IMG/VR virus record: IMGVR_UViG_3300032782_000001
Coordinates: 372,001 to 436,000 of that record
DNA: 64,000 bases
Reading direction: 5' to 3' (one strand)
The notes beneath the pieces were generated by a model. The model was not told the origin of the DNA, made no database searches, and saw nothing but the letters and a program-made list of their open reading frames with translations. Below are positions 63,759 through 64,000 of the stretch, piece after piece (within the stretch, counting starts at the first letter, position 1; each line of letters begins with the position of its first letter). Both the position numbers and the translations under genes were made by a program.

Positions 63759-64000
63759 GTTCGTCAGTTACGCGACCCGAAGCCCCGGATCGTGCTATTG
63801 CGCGCGGTAGTGGTCCAGACTGCGGCCTCTTGGGTTGTCTTCCCTTGGTGAGGCGCCGCGTGTCTCTTGCACTGCCGCGCTAAGTTTTTACGTCGACTAG
63901 AGGAAGATCTCGCGGAGCTCAGACAAGACCTTCTTGCGATCCTTCGACGAGAGCTCCTTCCGCGTACCTGTTGTTCTCTTCGTAGACTTCGACCACGGAC

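Noticed and set aside
63725-63770. Hammerhead ribozyme (CTGACGA ... GAAAC on the minus strand)
   Set aside because: No stem II closing G-C between the two core motifs and no matching stems I/III.
63660-64000. tmRNA (ssrA)
   Set aside because: A T arm is present, but there is no GGGGC-type 5' end, no CCA, no G:U acceptor pair and no tag ORF visible; a coding frame occupies 63899 onward.

Overview
The window looks like part of a large (jumbo-type) dsDNA bacteriophage genome. No rRNA, ribosomal or cell-division genes are present. All family calls come from motifs read by eye; no database search was run. Positions 1-57.3 kb form a moderate-GC core with four gene groups. (1) A bacterial-type replisome and repair set: DnaX, HolA, HolB, a beta-clamp-like protein, DnaG-like primase, SbcD, a C-terminal SbcC half, RecD2 and an SF2 helicase. 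(2) An NAD-dependent DNA ligase split into two divergently oriented genes. (3) A nucleotide-metabolism set: class II RNR, HPRT, ThyX-like, dNMP kinase, HAD deoxynucleotidase, MazG-like, and an adenylosuccinate-synthetase homologue with PurZ (2-aminoadenine, Z-DNA) signature residues. (4) A five-gene PspA-like/OmpA-SBP/ABC envelope operon, several sigma-factor-like proteins, lysis and cell-wall enzymes, and a PARG-like enzyme. From about 57.4 kb to the end the DNA is sharply more GC-rich. It is an array of small genes, each behind the same bipartite motif (A(A/G)(A/G)T-N14-CGTA, 19 copies), usually followed by a GGAGGTG Shine-Dalgarno. The same region holds a tRNA-Lys(UUU), a parS-like site, a perfect 50-bp palindrome, twin GGGATC-N5-GATCCC hairpins and a tRNA-like element. 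The strongest leads are the PurZ-type gene beside a Pol III-type replisome, a ligase split that one inversion at two in-frame GAGCTC sites would rejoin, a shared C-terminal (E/D)VM(E/D)S motif on eight unrelated proteins, and the genome-wide YGTA promoter/leaderless architecture.
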